From Adineta vaga (Eukaryota > Animalia > Rotifera): a stretch of DNA of 64,000 bases. The translations under genes were made by a program, and so were the position numbers. This document shows positions 1 to 14,546 of this stretch, piece after piece. Where the stretch lies: positions 5,518,001 to 5,582,000 of the forward strand of contig CP075496.1 in assembly GCA_021613535.1 (NCBI GenBank), in the 5' to 3' direction. Below the pieces are notes generated by a model. The model saw only the letters and a program-made list of their open reading frames with translations. It searched no databases and was not told where the DNA came from. Each line of letters opens with the position of its first letter. Within the stretch, counting starts at the first letter, position 1.

Positions 1-366
1 AAGAATATCTTTGGGTTGATTTTTATTTTCAGATGTTTCTTTTTGAATTCATTGATTTGAATTAACAAAAACAAACAAACTATGCAACGAAGAATGAATC
101 GATTGATGCAAAATCTCTTGACCTATGGTGAACAATCTAGTAAGCAAATAATCAATTTAATTCTTATTTCAACATACATATGTCAGCAATGGTTTGATTT
201 CAATTGATAGACTAAAGATCTGTTTAAGAACAAGATCATTATATCCGTGATAGTTTATATTTGGAGAATCTCATTTCTATGTAAAATAATTGCTTTTACC
301 AAAGATGTAATTTCTATATTCCTTGAGAATGTTTAATATATCTGTTCAATAAAAACCATATTTGCT

Positions 367-2802
367 ATGTTTATTAGGTCATCGAATATCTACAATTATT
401 TATATTCAATGTAAATATAGTACACAATGTACTCTACTCCATAATATTTCTTCTACGTAAGTCTTTAGACGAATTATTATATCTCGATTCAATCTACTTT
501 CTTTATAGTTTCAAAAAGTCTAATCAGTATGAGATATTATCACAACGAAATACTTTTTATTCATCGATTCGGAATCAATCAAATTCTACCCCATCATCTA
601 CTAACACTACCCAATCGGTAACATCTGATAAAAATGTTCCAACTATGTCACCAGTTTCAACTATATTAAAAGGTATCTGTTATTCATTGTTTATCCAATA
701 TGTAACATATTTATATTAGTTCGAGCACGAAAAACGCAAATTACAGATTATGCTGCAAGTTACACAGAAAATAATTTTATAACAGCAACACGAGCGATGC
801 ATGAATATCTTTTAAAAGCCAAGTAATGTTGTTATGAACTATTCCTTAGATGTTTGTATCAAGAAAATTTTGTCTGTAGCGATGTTGAAACACTGAAACA
901 ATACAAAACGCGATCACCCTATTCAGATGAATGGGATGTAGCACAAATGTTAACTGTTTATCGACGAGCTGATGTTGAAAAACGGTAAGAAAACGTGTTG
1001 AAAGTTGAAATATCGATTTTGTTTCTATATTTCAAGTGCGTATGAAGTATGGGGTAGTCCAGAAATGTTAAATAAAGAAAAAGGAAAGCGAATTCGAACA
1101 AGACAACAAGAATACGAAGGTAAATCGATTGTTTAATTCAGTTTCATTATACTTTGGTATTGTTTATCAGCTATTTTTAGTTTAAAAAAATCCGTCAAAG
1201 AATATCACAAACGTTTGATCATGTTAGAAAATGCTCCGTTGGATAATCGAAAAGCAGTAAGCTCAAGTTTTTAGTAGAATACTTTTGATTATCCATTGGA
1301 TTCTATAGGTTAAAAATACTATTCTAGCTACTGGTGGTGGCAAAGTAGTGGTTGCAGCGGTTCTAATGTAGGATTTTACATATTATGAAAGAGGCAAACG
1401 AAGATTTTTATTAATTTTGATTTTTGTAAATGTTTAGTAACGCAACAAATGCTGTAGTTAAAACTATCGGATGGTTTTTTACTGGTTCAGCATCATTATT
1501 TTCCGAAGCTGTACATTCGATTGCTGATACTTGTAATCAACTTATTCTTACATTTGGTTTATGGCAATCAATCAAAAAACCTAATCCTGAACATCCGTAG
1601 TTTCTTACTCTTCTTCGAATAGACTATTATCTATTGAGTTTAATACATTGTTTTATAGTTATGGTTATTCAAATATGACTTATATCTCATCGTTGATTAG
1701 TGGTGTGGGTATATTTTGTTTTGGCACAGGTTTAGCTTGGTATCATGGAGTTTTAGTTCTATTACATCCTCAAGAAATGGAATCTATTTTTTGGGTAATT
1801 AAATTTATAAATTGAAATCATATTTTTTGAAAATTATGTTTTTCATTATTATTGAAGGGATTAGCTCTATTGAGTGGTTCATTAATTTCTGAAGGAGGTT
1901 GGTGTTTTATTTGTATGTACTAGAATTTATTTATTTTATCTACATCTATTTAAGCAACACTTTATATGGCTGTTAATGAAATTCGTGCATCAGCAAAAGA
2001 GACTGGAATGCGATTTTGGGAATATGGTATGTAAATTTCAACGAGTTTATTTTATTGATTGATGTTTTATTCTTGATAATAGTTGGTCAAGGTTATAAAC
2101 CCAATGTAAATGTTGTTTTACTCGAAGATATAGCTGCTGTTTTGGGTGTATGTGTCGCTGGTACAGCCATGAGTCTTTCTATGTATCTTCAATCGCCTAT
2201 ACCAGATGCCATCGGATCATTGGTAATTGGTGCTATTTTAGGTGGTGTAGCTTCATATATTATTTATTCGAATTCGGCAGCACTCGTTGGACGGTAAAAT
2301 AAAATTTTAAAATGCGTTTTTTCCATAAAATTTGCTTTAATCTTAAAAGATCGATTCATCCCAATCAATTAGAAGCAATTAATAGTGATTTAGAAAACGA
2401 TCGTATGGTTCGTGCATTATATGATATAAAAGCAACAGATATGGGCTCTCAATCTGTTATGTTCAAAGCTGAAGTCGATATTGATGGTCGGGAAATTGCT
2501 CGATCCTATTTAGAAAAAGTCAATATTCAAATTCTTTTTGAAGTTAGTAAGAAAGATGAGCAATACGAAGAAGAATTCGCATTTTTCTTGTAGGAATTAC
2601 AAAAAATCAATTCGATCGAATTGGCTGAAACGTTCCTTCTCAAACATGGAGAAAATATTGTTGATAGAGTTGGAGCTGAAATCGATCGTATTGAACGAAA
2701 TCTACGAGTAATCATTCGTATTTCATCTTTACTTAAACTTTCTTTCATTTTCTTTAGAAAAAACATCCATCTTTACGACATGTAGATCTAGAAGTTCTCT
2801 AA
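367..2802 (+). CDS. SLC30A9: Zinc transporter 9 (CDF family, mitochondrial), ~15 exons; start codon uncertain
   Basis: Spliced peptides include ENNFITATRAMHEYLL, YEVWGSPE, SASLFSEAVHSIADTCNQLILTFG, HPYGY, VLLEDIAAV, FKAEVDIDG and HVDLEVL*. The stop TAA is at 2800-2802. An intact model uses ATG 367, donor 411 and acceptor 508. Confidence 0.93.
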
Positions 2803-3217
2803 ATGATTTATCAATCGTTGCAGATATTAAAAATTTCTGTTTTTACGTTCATTTTTCATTTGAAAATATTCCTGTATGTTTAATACTCTCATTTTGTAAT
2901 GTTAATGTGTAGCGCATTATTATCTTTTTTTTTCTATTGCTCGAAATAAACAAATCAAATGAGCAAAAGAAATCACAACATTTATCGATATGTTTCTACA
3001 CAAACTACTGATATCTGTCTTCTTTTTAGTATTTAATTTATTGAATATATTATTGGTAGATTATCGAAAATAGATGTCATTGACACATCAAATAACGATA
3101 AAAGATAGATTCGTGCCATGATTTTATCGACTATACAATTCAAAGAAAACAAATAAATACTATTTTCATCCCTATGATTCATCGAAGAACGATAACAATC
3201 TTTAATTTATTCTAGAT

Positions 3218-4054
3218 ATGACAAATATTACGAATATCAATCATGAGGAGAATTCATCAGATGAAAATCGAAAAAAGCTAAAGTTTGTTCGATAATTCTT
3301 TTTGAAATACTCACATATTTATTCTTTATAATTTGTAGAATAAAACGTGTGAATACTGATTTAGGTGAATTAACACAACATAATATAAAACAACTTAAAG
3401 TACTCAATCGAGATATCTTTCCAGTTTTATACAATGAAAAATTCTACAAAGATTTACTAGAAGCTGGAGAATTATGCAAACTAGGTAAATACACTCTACG
3501 AAGAATGGCCATTCGAGCGTTGAGTTTTCGAAATATCTGTTGTTTGGAATTTAATTGAGTAGGCAATATTCTAAAGGTAATGATTATTTTTAGCTTATTG
3601 CAATGATATTGTTGTTGGTACTTTATGTTGCCGTTTTGATTTGTCCGATAATCGTCGTCGATTATATATAATGACATTGGGTGTTCTAGCCAAATATCGT
3701 GAGCTTGGTTTAGGTAATTTTCCATGATCGTTTGCTTTGAAATCATCCATTCATTCATTAGGTACTTTAATGCTCAAGCATGCGTTAAAAATATGTGAAG
3801 ATGACGGAAATGTGGATAGTATTTATTTGTATGTATAAAGATCTATTGAAATATCTACTTATTAGTTGATTTATTTTAGACATGTGCAAATCAATAATCA
3901 AACAGCTTTATCATTCTATAAGAAATTTGGTTTTGAAATTGTTTCAAAAGCAACGGATTATTATCGACGTTTAGAACCATCGGATGCTTATTTACTTGAA
4001 CGTCAATTCAAAAAACCTTCATCAGATGAGCAAATATCTACAACCTCTCCATAA
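3218..4054 (+). CDS. NAA50: N-alpha-acetyltransferase 50 (NatE catalytic subunit, GNAT)
   Basis: Spliced peptides: DLGELTQHNIKQLKVLNRDIFPVLYNEKFYKD, LYIMTLGVLAKYRELGLGT, YLHVQINNQTALSFYKKFGFEI...YYRRLEPSDAYLL. ATG 3218 splices in frame through intron 3283-3338. Confidence 0.95.
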
Positions 4055-4221
4055 ACGTTTCGTAATGTCAATTGACCTTCATTTTCTTTCACAAACAAGC
4101 TCTAAATAGTACTTTTTTTGTTGTAATGAAAAAGAAAGAAAAAATGCGCATTAAAAAAAAGAGAACCTTACGAAACAAAAGAGAAAATGAAAAGATAAAC
4201 GAAAGTTTTAAATGTTTAGAA

Positions 4222-5415
4222 TTAAGCATTTGCAGTATTATCCAAGTGTGATGATCGTGGTTGTAAATAATCAGAACTCGTAACTGGTGGTGGTGGAGGT
4301 GGTCGAGTAAGCATCTAAAAACAAAAGAGGCCTTTTAAAAAAATCAAATATTCAAAAGAAAAAAGAATTTTACTGGTTGTGTTGCTGGATCGTCACGCTT
4401 TGTACCTCGACTAACTAAAAGAATTACGTAAAGATAAATCAAATATGTAAAATTCATTCACGTTATTTTGCTTACTTGTGTCATTCGGTTCACGTAGAGC
4501 TCGTTTGGTTGGAGGCTTATTTTGTTTTGATTTACGAAGAAATACAACAAGAGCAACAATCACACCTATTAAAAGAAGTGCACTACCAACCGCAATTAAA
4601 ATCCATGCCCAAAGCGGTAAACGACGAAAAAAGCGACGACCACTTTTTGAACAAGTTCGAAATCTTGAGTTTGTTATTTCAGAACTACCTGAAAACATTT
4701 ACATTGTTTTGTTTATTTTTAAAAAAGAAGTCTGCCAATAATAACTTACCAGGGAGCGTAAATTCACAAGCAACTCGTAAATATCTTTGTCGACATTCAA
4801 CTTCTCGTAAGCATAGATCATTTGGACCATTTGATACAGTTTCAAAACATGTTTGATTTGAATAGGGAACATTTGTACAGAATTGTGGCCATTTATCATC
4901 TTTACCATCAAAACAACGTGTTAATGTATTGTAATCAGATGGTAAACGAATAGCAAAATTTTGTTCATTATATTCTCGAAATAATGCTCGAAAGATTTCC
5001 GTTTTTTCCGGTGTATTTAAAACAACTTGTCGAACGCCTTTTGTTGGTGTCATATTTGGTTGACTCATATCTGATTGAGAATGTTTATTTAACATTCGAG
5101 CTACTCGTCGAGCACAGATACGTTCAGCTTCATTCCATGAATAGATTTTACCATCAGTCGAAAAATATAAACATTCTTGATTTGATTGATAAAATCGTTC
5201 AGGACAACGACCACGAGGAAATTGTGTATCAAACAACGTTTTAGCACTTCGATCGGAATGATACGGTGCTAATAGATAAACAAAGATTAGTTTCTCATTT
5301 GAATTAAATCATTATCGAGCTACATACCTGGAGGTAGATCACGTTCATCATCATGTTGACCGTTGATCGATATTAAAATCGCAAAAAAAATGAGCGAGAT
5401 CAAATTACCATGCAT
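4222..5415 (-). CDS. Type I membrane protein with a divergent C-type-lectin-like ectodomain (5 exons)
   Basis: Signal peptide MHGNLISLIFFAILISING. CTLD N-terminal pattern CPERFYQSNQECLYF...WNEAERIC and C-terminal C...VACE. TM helix LWAWILIAVGSALLLIGVIVALVVFL, then a Pro-rich tail. Stop at 4222-4224. Confidence 0.7.
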
Positions 5416-5937
5416 TGTCGTTGATAGACGAGGATAATGAAAGTGTTGTGTTTGGTTTGAAAGAAAAATAGAAAAAAAAACTACAATCTTTTTTCTTTCC
5501 TTTTTTTGTTGGTTATATTTTGTCTCGTTCTTCCCTCTTCAATGATTATGTATGTAGTAACCGCACCCTACTATTTATGTCTCGACGACAAATCTGATAA
5601 AATGTTATGATTCAGCTTTTTTTCGTTCTACATTGAAATGTATAAAACTTCATTCGTTAATAAATATAACCGGCGAATAATCATAAATCGAAGAGAAAGA
5701 AAAATGATGAGAGATTATATTTGATAAGATATTGGTAGAAAATTACTCATAACGAGAGAAAAATAACTATTGAAAGTTGACAGAGCGAAAAAGAAATATA
5801 TTATTCATATGTACATATACTTCAAAAACTCTTTTATTTTCTTTTCTTTTTTAGCTTTATTTGAATAAATAGAAAGGAACAGAAAGAAAAGGAGAGAACC
5901 GTGATTCACAAAAGAAAAACAATAATTGATAAAGAAG

Positions 5938-8900
5938 TCATTTTCTTGATTGACTTTCATCAGCAAGTAACCAATCTGATTCTTGTGCGCTAGTAATATC
6001 GTCCGCTAGTATTGTTGACTTAGCTAAAATAAATCATGACAATTTATCTATGAAAAAACAATGATTCAGTCAACATACGAATAAATATTTCAATCTGAGA
6101 CTGTTTATTGCCATTTGCATCATTTAATATTGATAACAGCTTAGTGATTAATTCCTCACACTAAAAGAAAATGTCAGATGAGTCATTTGATGAGAATAAA
6201 AAATGTCGTCATCAACAAACTTTATTAGCATTTGATCTTAATGTATCATTTTGATGTGTCAGTTGTTTAATTTTTGAAAGCACTTGTTGATTATCTTTTG
6301 TAGCATTTTTTTTCTCTTTTTCCTGAGTTGGTGATGGCGATTTTGTTCCAACAGTTGATATAATTACCCGTTGTGGTTTAGTACTTGAATGAGGATCTCT
6401 AGCGACTTCAAGAACTTTTGGTACAAATACTAAACATAGTGTAATTGATACACAAAGTAAAATAAAGGTTGATGTTAAAATATATGAACGTTCATGTTGA
6501 TCACGTAAGAAATAACCCACAACGGCAGTTGTTATACTCAATAAAACAACATTATAGAGACTCATACCAACATATTTCGAATCATTTAATGCCACGATTT
6601 GAACATTTCGTGTAGCCCATGCAAAACGAGAACCGGTCACCTATCGTTACAAGAAAGAATCTATAAAACGCGTCAATAAATACGTAACGAGAAAGAATAT
6701 CTTTGAAGTACGTCTATCGTAAGCTTTATGATAAAATGATATATTAATGATCACGATGTCCTTAAGCACTCTTAAATACTCTTGTAAATCGAACAAGTAG
6801 AATGAATAGCCTTGCGCTCAATCATTCTGATCAAATCTTTTAATGCTGCAAGTCATTTACCATTGATTTTCATTGAATAGAAAAATTTTTCACCAGTATA
6901 ATCTATTATTCATTCTAATAGTTCGTAATCGATACAATACATTTTTAAATATCTACAATCAATAACTAAGTTCAAGTATATTACGCATATATAATATATG
7001 TATTTATTTCATCCTGACAAACCGCTGTGCAAAATGAATACAATTTGGACTCTGCTGTGTTAAAAATGACTTTCTTTCTTAGATACTTCCCACATACATC
7101 AATTAAATACTTTAATATTTGCATTGAATTTTTTTACATGAAAAACGAATTCTACTAATATATTTATCTAAGTATTCAGACAAAATAAATCCTTGTTTGA
7201 AATCTTTTCTTACCATAAGTATACCTTTATATATCGATTGCATTGTAAACCAAATTGATCGACGTTTTGATCGACATTCTTCATAACTCCATAATGTGAC
7301 AATATCTTTACCTTCTGTCTGCAATATACAAAAAGACATTTGAAATGTTTTTGTCAAATTTCTTTTCTTCTATTTTTACTTTTGTTTGACTTTCGTATTT
7401 TTGTATCTTTAATGGATCAATTATTTGCCACGTACTTAAAAGAATAATATCGACTGCTAGTAGAACTCCAACAATTATAAACAATTGAATATCTTTGATT
7501 GCCTTGAAAAGAAAACCAAATGAAATATATGAAATTGAATTTTTGTTTTTCATTCACTTCTACTTACTCGTTTGGATGCGTCAACATTTGTAAAGATGGT
7601 ATGTACACGCCATGTTTTACTAAATACGGCTCCAAATGATATTGTAAATCCAATTGATAATGTCCAGATACGAGCCTTTAGAAATATAAATCAATTAGAA
7701 ATAACAATCGAAGAAAGTGTAGTTGTAACTTACAGCACAAATAAAATTCATTGCTGATATTGAGTTTTGTTTGCCAAGTAGAGAAGAATCAATACCCATT
7801 AATAGAACACTGGTATATGAAAGAATACAACCAGCAATGATGAGATTATTGATTTGTGGACTAGACATTCGAATGAACCTTTAACAAGAAGAATGATTAG
7901 GTAATTATTCTCAAAAGAAAATGAAATTGTTGTTACCTATGTGTACGAAAGATAATATTAAAAACAAAGAATCCTGTGGCGATTAATATTCCTATTCCAC
8001 TTGCAATTGCCATGATTGTGTATGTTAGTACAGATATCCTTTGATCACGATGAATTCGTTTAATACGATCATTTGGTGGATCTTGACCTAAATATTCAAT
8101 TGAAGAAATTCGATCATATTATTCGAAAATCTTATCTATTACCATGCCAAGTTATATTTCTTCCATTTTTAGCTGGTAAAAGTACGTATTTCGATTGTTC
8201 AGTTGGTAAAGCAACGAATAGTTTAACAATTTCGACATTCTTTGATTTATGACTAGGAGATACTAAAATCTATTTTGAATATGTAACAAGAACAAAGGAA
8301 AAAAACGTTTGTCTCTATACCTAAAATTTGTTCGATAACAATTTCTCCAATTCGATCACCATTATTAAAACGTATTCGTCCCGTGACACCATCAATATCT
8401 AATGTTTTTATAATATTAATTAATTCTACACGCCAACATGATTGACGCCAGACAAAATCATTCGAAAAATTATTTGAACAATTCTGTTTGATTAATGATT
8501 TATCTAAGTTTTCAAAAGCAGATGTTAATGTTAAAATAGCATCAAATTCATAGCCAACAAAATATGAATTTGTATGGTATGAAGATATGTCCAAACGTGT
8601 AAGATCAAATTTAAATTGTGCTGGTGTCTAAAACACAAAGATTTAATTCGATTGAAACAAATTCAAATTAGAACACATACGAGATCAGCAACTGTTCGAG
8701 CATTTTCATCATAACCTAATTCAGCTACACGTGTTTGAAGTGTACCATTTAATGCTTGTAATATTTCGGATGTATTACAAGGAGCTGGATTTTTTAACCA
8801 CCATTCTGATTCATAATAACCGACAATAATCCACTGATGACGTGAACCATATAGATTATAACGATATGCCTAAAGAGATGATTTCTTTGAATGATTGAAG

Positions 8901-10629
8901 AAGATTTTCAGTTTTACCTCACAAAATATTCGAATAGCCATTGTTGAATTAAAATTTCCAATAATAATACGAGTATCATCTCTCTGAATAGATAAATAGC
9001 TTTTATCTCATGTTCACAATAAATTAAAGTGTATTACATAGGGAATTATATTTTTTTGAGTGCAATGAGTAAAAACCTCATCATTAGAAAAGCTTTTTGT
9101 AGGTTGATTTATTAAATTTTATGCAATTGACTAGAGATTTATGTATAAAACGTTATCGCTTAAGAACACTTCAACAAACGGAAAGAGGGTGTTGCCTTTT
9201 TGACTTTTATTTAGATTCATTTCGACTCTCATGAAAGATCTAAACGGAAATCACATATGATAATCATTAAAACATTTCGAAGAAGTTTTGATGTTACATA
9301 GAAAAATACTGATACTAATAAAGCGTCTGACTGATTTGAATATACTTTATGAATGAAAAAGTCTCCTTTTTTTCTCATCTAATAAATCCAATTGATTCGA
9401 TCTTCAAATCGGATTGTCTATTCATCTTGTATATTTGAACTATTAATAGAAAATCATCGATTAATAATATTTCTTTTCATTTTGATTGGAACTTGAATAC
9501 ACAGGAAATTTCTTTTTTTAATAAGCTAGATGAAATGAACGACGATTCGAAATTCATCATCACTCTCATCTAACGGAAATCAATCAACTTGAAAAAAAAG
9601 TATGAACTTGTATGGTGAAAATAAATATGTTAACCTATTCAAAAATTGAGATATATCATTGTCAAATTATAGTGTTAGCTATTCGAATCTTATCGATTGT
9701 ATTTCATTTCCGACAAAGTTTCTATTTCGTTCGTATCTATTTTCTTTAAAATTTTTTTTGGTGTTACAGATGCAGAACAAGTACATACCTGCAATTCATC
9801 AAAAGCATCTTTTAGCGAATTTCGTGTTCGATTGCCTTGAGTTTCATCAAGATCTTTGAATGAAATACCTTTAGATAATGCGATTTCCCATTCAATATTA
9901 TCTTCATGTAAAAGATCATTGAAACGTGTCACGGGCTAAATTTCATATTTATTATGTAGAAATCTTTTTCTTTATATTAGAAATTCTACTCACCATTGTA
10001 TATTGTCGTTCATATTGATATAATATTCCAAATCTTCGCCAATGGTATGTATTTAATAAAAGTTTTCGAGCTAGATAAGTATGAAATTATTCATTTATTA
10101 AATTATGAATGTAATTATTTTATACATACCGATATTATGTTGAGAATCACCAGGTACTGTTCGAATTAATGTTGGATATTTATCACGTGCTGTAAAAAGT
10201 GAACTTGTTTCTGAATAGATAATCTATTTGAAAATTATATTCAAAATAAAATCGATTTGAAAACAAGATCTTTCCTACAGTCGTCATATCATATATTCCT
10301 GCTGTTTCAGCTATAGCTGATGCAACTGTTTGACAAGAACCACTAAATATTGCTAATGGTCTTGGTGTTTGACTAATCATATCAAAAACCATTTTTGTTC
10401 CTATAGCCATATCACATGGAATATCGTGTTTAGTACGTTGAATACGTAGTTCAGTAGTTAAATTTGAAATTGTTTTTAAATGATTAACTGCATAATCAAT
10501 AACTATTGATGATGAATGATTATCATGATTAGTTGATGTAAATAAACCAATTAATGGTATTTGTTTTGATAATGTTAAATGTACAAATTCAAGGAATGAA
10601 AATAAGATAAAATACAAACAAGTCCGCAT
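5938..10629 (-). CDS. GABBR2: GABA-B receptor subunit 2-like class C GPCR
   Basis: Venus flytrap motifs KYPTLIRTVP, DTRIIIGNF...FCEAYRYNLYGSRHQWII and GVTGRIRF. 7TM motifs IRMSSPQINNLII, FSKTWRVHTIF, AWATRNVQIVALNDSKYVGMSLYNV and TLCLVFVPK. These are closer to GB2 than GB1. Coiled-coil-like tail; stop at 5938-5940. Confidence 0.9.
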
Positions 10630-12117
10630 TTATCGACAGTGAACATTGAAGAATAACATGAAAAAAAACGAAGTAAAAATATCGACGAGAAATAAGTATC
10701 GTAATTCTTTTCTTCTTCTTCTTCTTCTTCTTCCTTTTCTTCTTCGATCAACAAACCATAATAATATCTATAAAGAAAAAAAAACATGAATCTATATATA
10801 TATATATATATATCAAAAGCAGAGTAATTAAAGATTTTAAGCACCTATTAAAAACAAGCGGAAACATTTTTCTAACAAACACATCTTATTCAATACACGA
10901 TCGCGTGTATATGTTTACATACACTATTGAAATACCTAAGTATTGTCGTAATATATTCGTATCGGTTTTTTATTTTTATAAGAAAGAAAATATATTGATT
11001 GCGAGATTAGGCCACGAAAGGATTTTATATATAAATATTATGTTAACTAATGCATAGATTCACTGTCTTACATGGATTCTCTTTTAGAGTGTTCAATCAA
11101 CAACTCTTAGGTTGAATACGGAAAGAATAATCATAACAATAGAAGACGAAAAAAGATGTGTATGAACGTAGTATGATGATGCGATAAAATCCATTAAACA
11201 TTATTGTCTTTCTCGTCAACGTCGTCGGATAAAATCTGATGGTCAAGAGAAAAAGATAGAAGGAAAAACAACATCTTTCGGAAATAAACAAGAATCAATC
11301 GGAAAGCACGAGTTAGCTAGCGTTTGACATTCTGTTCATAGTAACATCATCTCTAGATGAATGAACCAGAATTACAGATAAGCAAAGATTATATATTCAA
11401 TTATGAAAACAAAATGCCTTCAAGTGAAATGTAAAATAACAACATGTCAAGATTCATTTTTCAACTCTATTTTGCAAAGAAAATTTGAATAATTCTCATT
11501 ATTGGAGGAAATTATTGACTTCTTTTTGAAATTAATATAAAGAAAAGAAATCATTGAGATAAATAAGAGAGAAAGTATACATGGAAATAGTCTCGGTCGT
11601 TTCTCATCCTTTCTCTTCTCAAGAGAAATAACATTCATATCTTATAATCAAATTCAATTAGACATACGATGAACACAAACGACATTAGGGAGTTTCATAC
11701 TTACAAACATGAAAACTGACAGAAATCAGAACATTATTTTGAGCATATTCTTATTCATACAGAATAACAATCAAATCTTTTAAAAGAACCTTTTTTTTTA
11801 TTAGAAGTTGTGAACTGAAATAGTATGTTTTACTTCGCATGAAAAAATCATGTCAGTTGAACAAGAAACAATTCAAAATGTCATGCAGAGAGTTATTAAT
11901 TATAGAAATGACGATGTCTAAATCTAGAAATTCTTTTATTTGATAATCATCTATTCGTGTAAAAATATAGTTTTCTTTCAAAGTCTTATGAATGATTGGC
12001 TCAGAGATGTCTCTATATTTTTTGACAATACTAAATTATAAAGAAAAGAAGAAGAAGAAGAAGAACAAACAAACAAACAGAGATCTATGAGAAAAGTTAG
12101 TTTATTAAAATTAGTTT

Positions 12118-13110
12118 CTAGAATGAATCGCGAGTATTGGTTAGAAATAGAAGTGAACCACTAAAATGTGTGTAAGTATAACCATAGATATTATTTCGAG
12201 GAGCAGATTGTCCTGAATCACTCGTATCACCAAGTGCTTCGACCATAATTTGATCATTAGGTTCTAATTCTGCATAAACATTTCCTCGAACATGAGAAAA
12301 ACGCCGACGACAATCGCATCGAATCATGCCAAGAACATGTTTTTGATTATGAACAATACGTACAGTAGCCTAAGAATAATAAGAAAAGATAATCATAGAT
12401 CTAAGGTTAAATCATGCTTACAATAGAATCCATTTGTGCCATTATTGTCATACTAAATTTATAAATGCCTCTATAGACAGCAGTGAAAATACCAGTTGTG
12501 GGATTATAATTATTTCCTTCATTAATATTGGCATTTTCGAAAATAATTGTTTCTGAACGATTAGATTCAACTGAGAGCATTTTTTGAAGAAAAGCAACAA
12601 AAGCAACAATAGGTACTGGATCTTTTGATCGACCAACAACGCCTGAAAACAAATCATTTCGTTTTTCTGATCATTATTTAATGAAGAAAATATGAATTTA
12701 CCTTGAGGTCCAACAGAACCTCGAGGACCAGGACTACCTGGTGGACCAGGTAAACCTGGTGGTCCCGAAGGGCCATGCATTGCTAAGAATGTATCAACTG
12801 TAAAACGACGATTACGATTATCTCGATCATATGGAGCTATCCAAACAAAACAATATTATTTCATCGGAAAAAACAAAAAATCTTAAATTTAATTCATATT
12901 CTTACATAATTTTGGTATAGTTGGACATCTTACTGATAAATGACACATATTACTATCATCATCCATATTTGTTAATGTTTCATTAGCATAATTATTTTCA
13001 TTGGTTGGATGTCTTGAATAGTGTCGATATTGTTGATTTTGTGCTAATAAAATTTGATATTGAGTAATAGAATAAACAATAATGAAGATAAAATAAAAAT
13101 GATTCATCAT
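12118..13110 (-). CDS. Secreted C1q-domain protein with a short collagen-like stalk (CTRP/C1q-like), 4 exons
   Basis: Signal peptide, CHLSVRC, RNRR, then GPSGPPGLPGPPGSPGPRGSVGPQG. The gC1q motifs are VAF...IIFENANINEGNNYNPTTGIFTA...GIYKFS, LEPNDQIMV and TYTHFSGSLL. Confidence 0.88.
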
Positions 13111-14546
13111 CTTTGTGTTTATTACTCTAAAACTAAACCTAAAGCTAATCTTATTTTTTAAATAAATATCAAGAATAGGTAGATTGTTTCTTCAACTAGC
13201 TCGACTTTTTTTCTCCTCTGTCAATGTCATTGTTATTGGCATTGCCATTTTGAATGAACATTGTTAAATCAATAGTATTTCCTGAGGTCTTTTCTTTCTA
13301 TTCTTATTACTTGCCTTCATTACTTAGCAGTACTTTAGTTCTGGCGTATGAACGAAGTTTAGTAGAGAAAAAAAAAGAGAATTATTAATGGGCACCGATC
13401 TGATGACTTTTTCATTCTCATTCACTGAATCCGTCTGTTGTTGTTATTCTCGGTCGATGCTGTCAACTCGATTTTTTACACAACGATGTGGTTAGCCTGA
13501 ACGTGCTGTTGTCAACATTACACACTACTAATTGTCTTTTTTTTCTTTTCATATTCTCTTTCATGCTTTATATTATGACGAACACATAGAGAGAAAGCGT
13601 GTTTAGACGTGAGGATATATGATTTCTTTTTCTACTAAGGATAATTTAATATGACGCTTGATAGTAGAAGGCAAAGTGTTCTATACATGAAATCGGAAAT
13701 ATGATTTATTGGAAAGTGTGAACAAGTTAAAAGTAGAAAAAAAAGTATGGTTTAATTCAATACTCACTGTCTCACTAGGCGAGAAAATGCTTTAAATAGT
13801 TAGTTAATTTCCTTTTTCCTCTATTTCTGTGTTGAATATAAATATCATAAGATCAATTCTGACAATGCTTTAATTTCCTGATTTTTCTCTCTTTTCAATA
13901 GAATTTCTATATAATAAAATAGATCTAATTTCACTTAGGTATTTTATATTGAGACAAAGAGAAAGAAAATGAGAGTACATGAAAGGATGAAGTTCTCTTT
14001 TACCAGTAATACTAGATTTGATGAAAGTAAAATATTGACTATTGAAGATAAATTGATGTGAAGTATTTGCATGGAATATGTAATAGAGACAGATCAAAAT
14101 CATTTCTCAATCAGTAAATAATAATGATAAATGAGTAAAGAAAAAAATGTTTTTTTATCCAACGTTCAGCTTACTAATACAATATTCTTTATTCTACCGT
14201 AGAATGAACGAGACAAAAGTCTCTCAGATTCTGTTTGTATCTCTTTTAACATAGATAATAATTCATAAATTTATTGATACGATATTCAAATAATCCTTGT
14301 TAGTAAAGATCATACGTTGTTTATTTTGTATCTGTCAAGTCATTTAAATTTTAAGAAATTTATTGAATATAATTTTACATATAAATATAAATCAATAAAA
14401 TCTATCTAAGAGGAAAAAACACAATAGAATCTTCTTTTTTTCTCGATCTAAATAATCATGATTGAAGATTGACTAGAGATACGTTGATTATTCTCTGATA
14501 TTTTCATTATTCACATACATAAATTAGAATATATGAACTAGTCATT

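Noticed and set aside
1-330. Short ORF and acceptor-like site at the window start
   Set aside because: No recognisable product and no context available.
8986-9788. Long GABA-B intron with three AACGGAAA copies, a possible transposon or snoRNA host
   Set aside because: I could not establish terminal repeats, a target-site duplication, an ORF or C/D or H/ACA box geometry.
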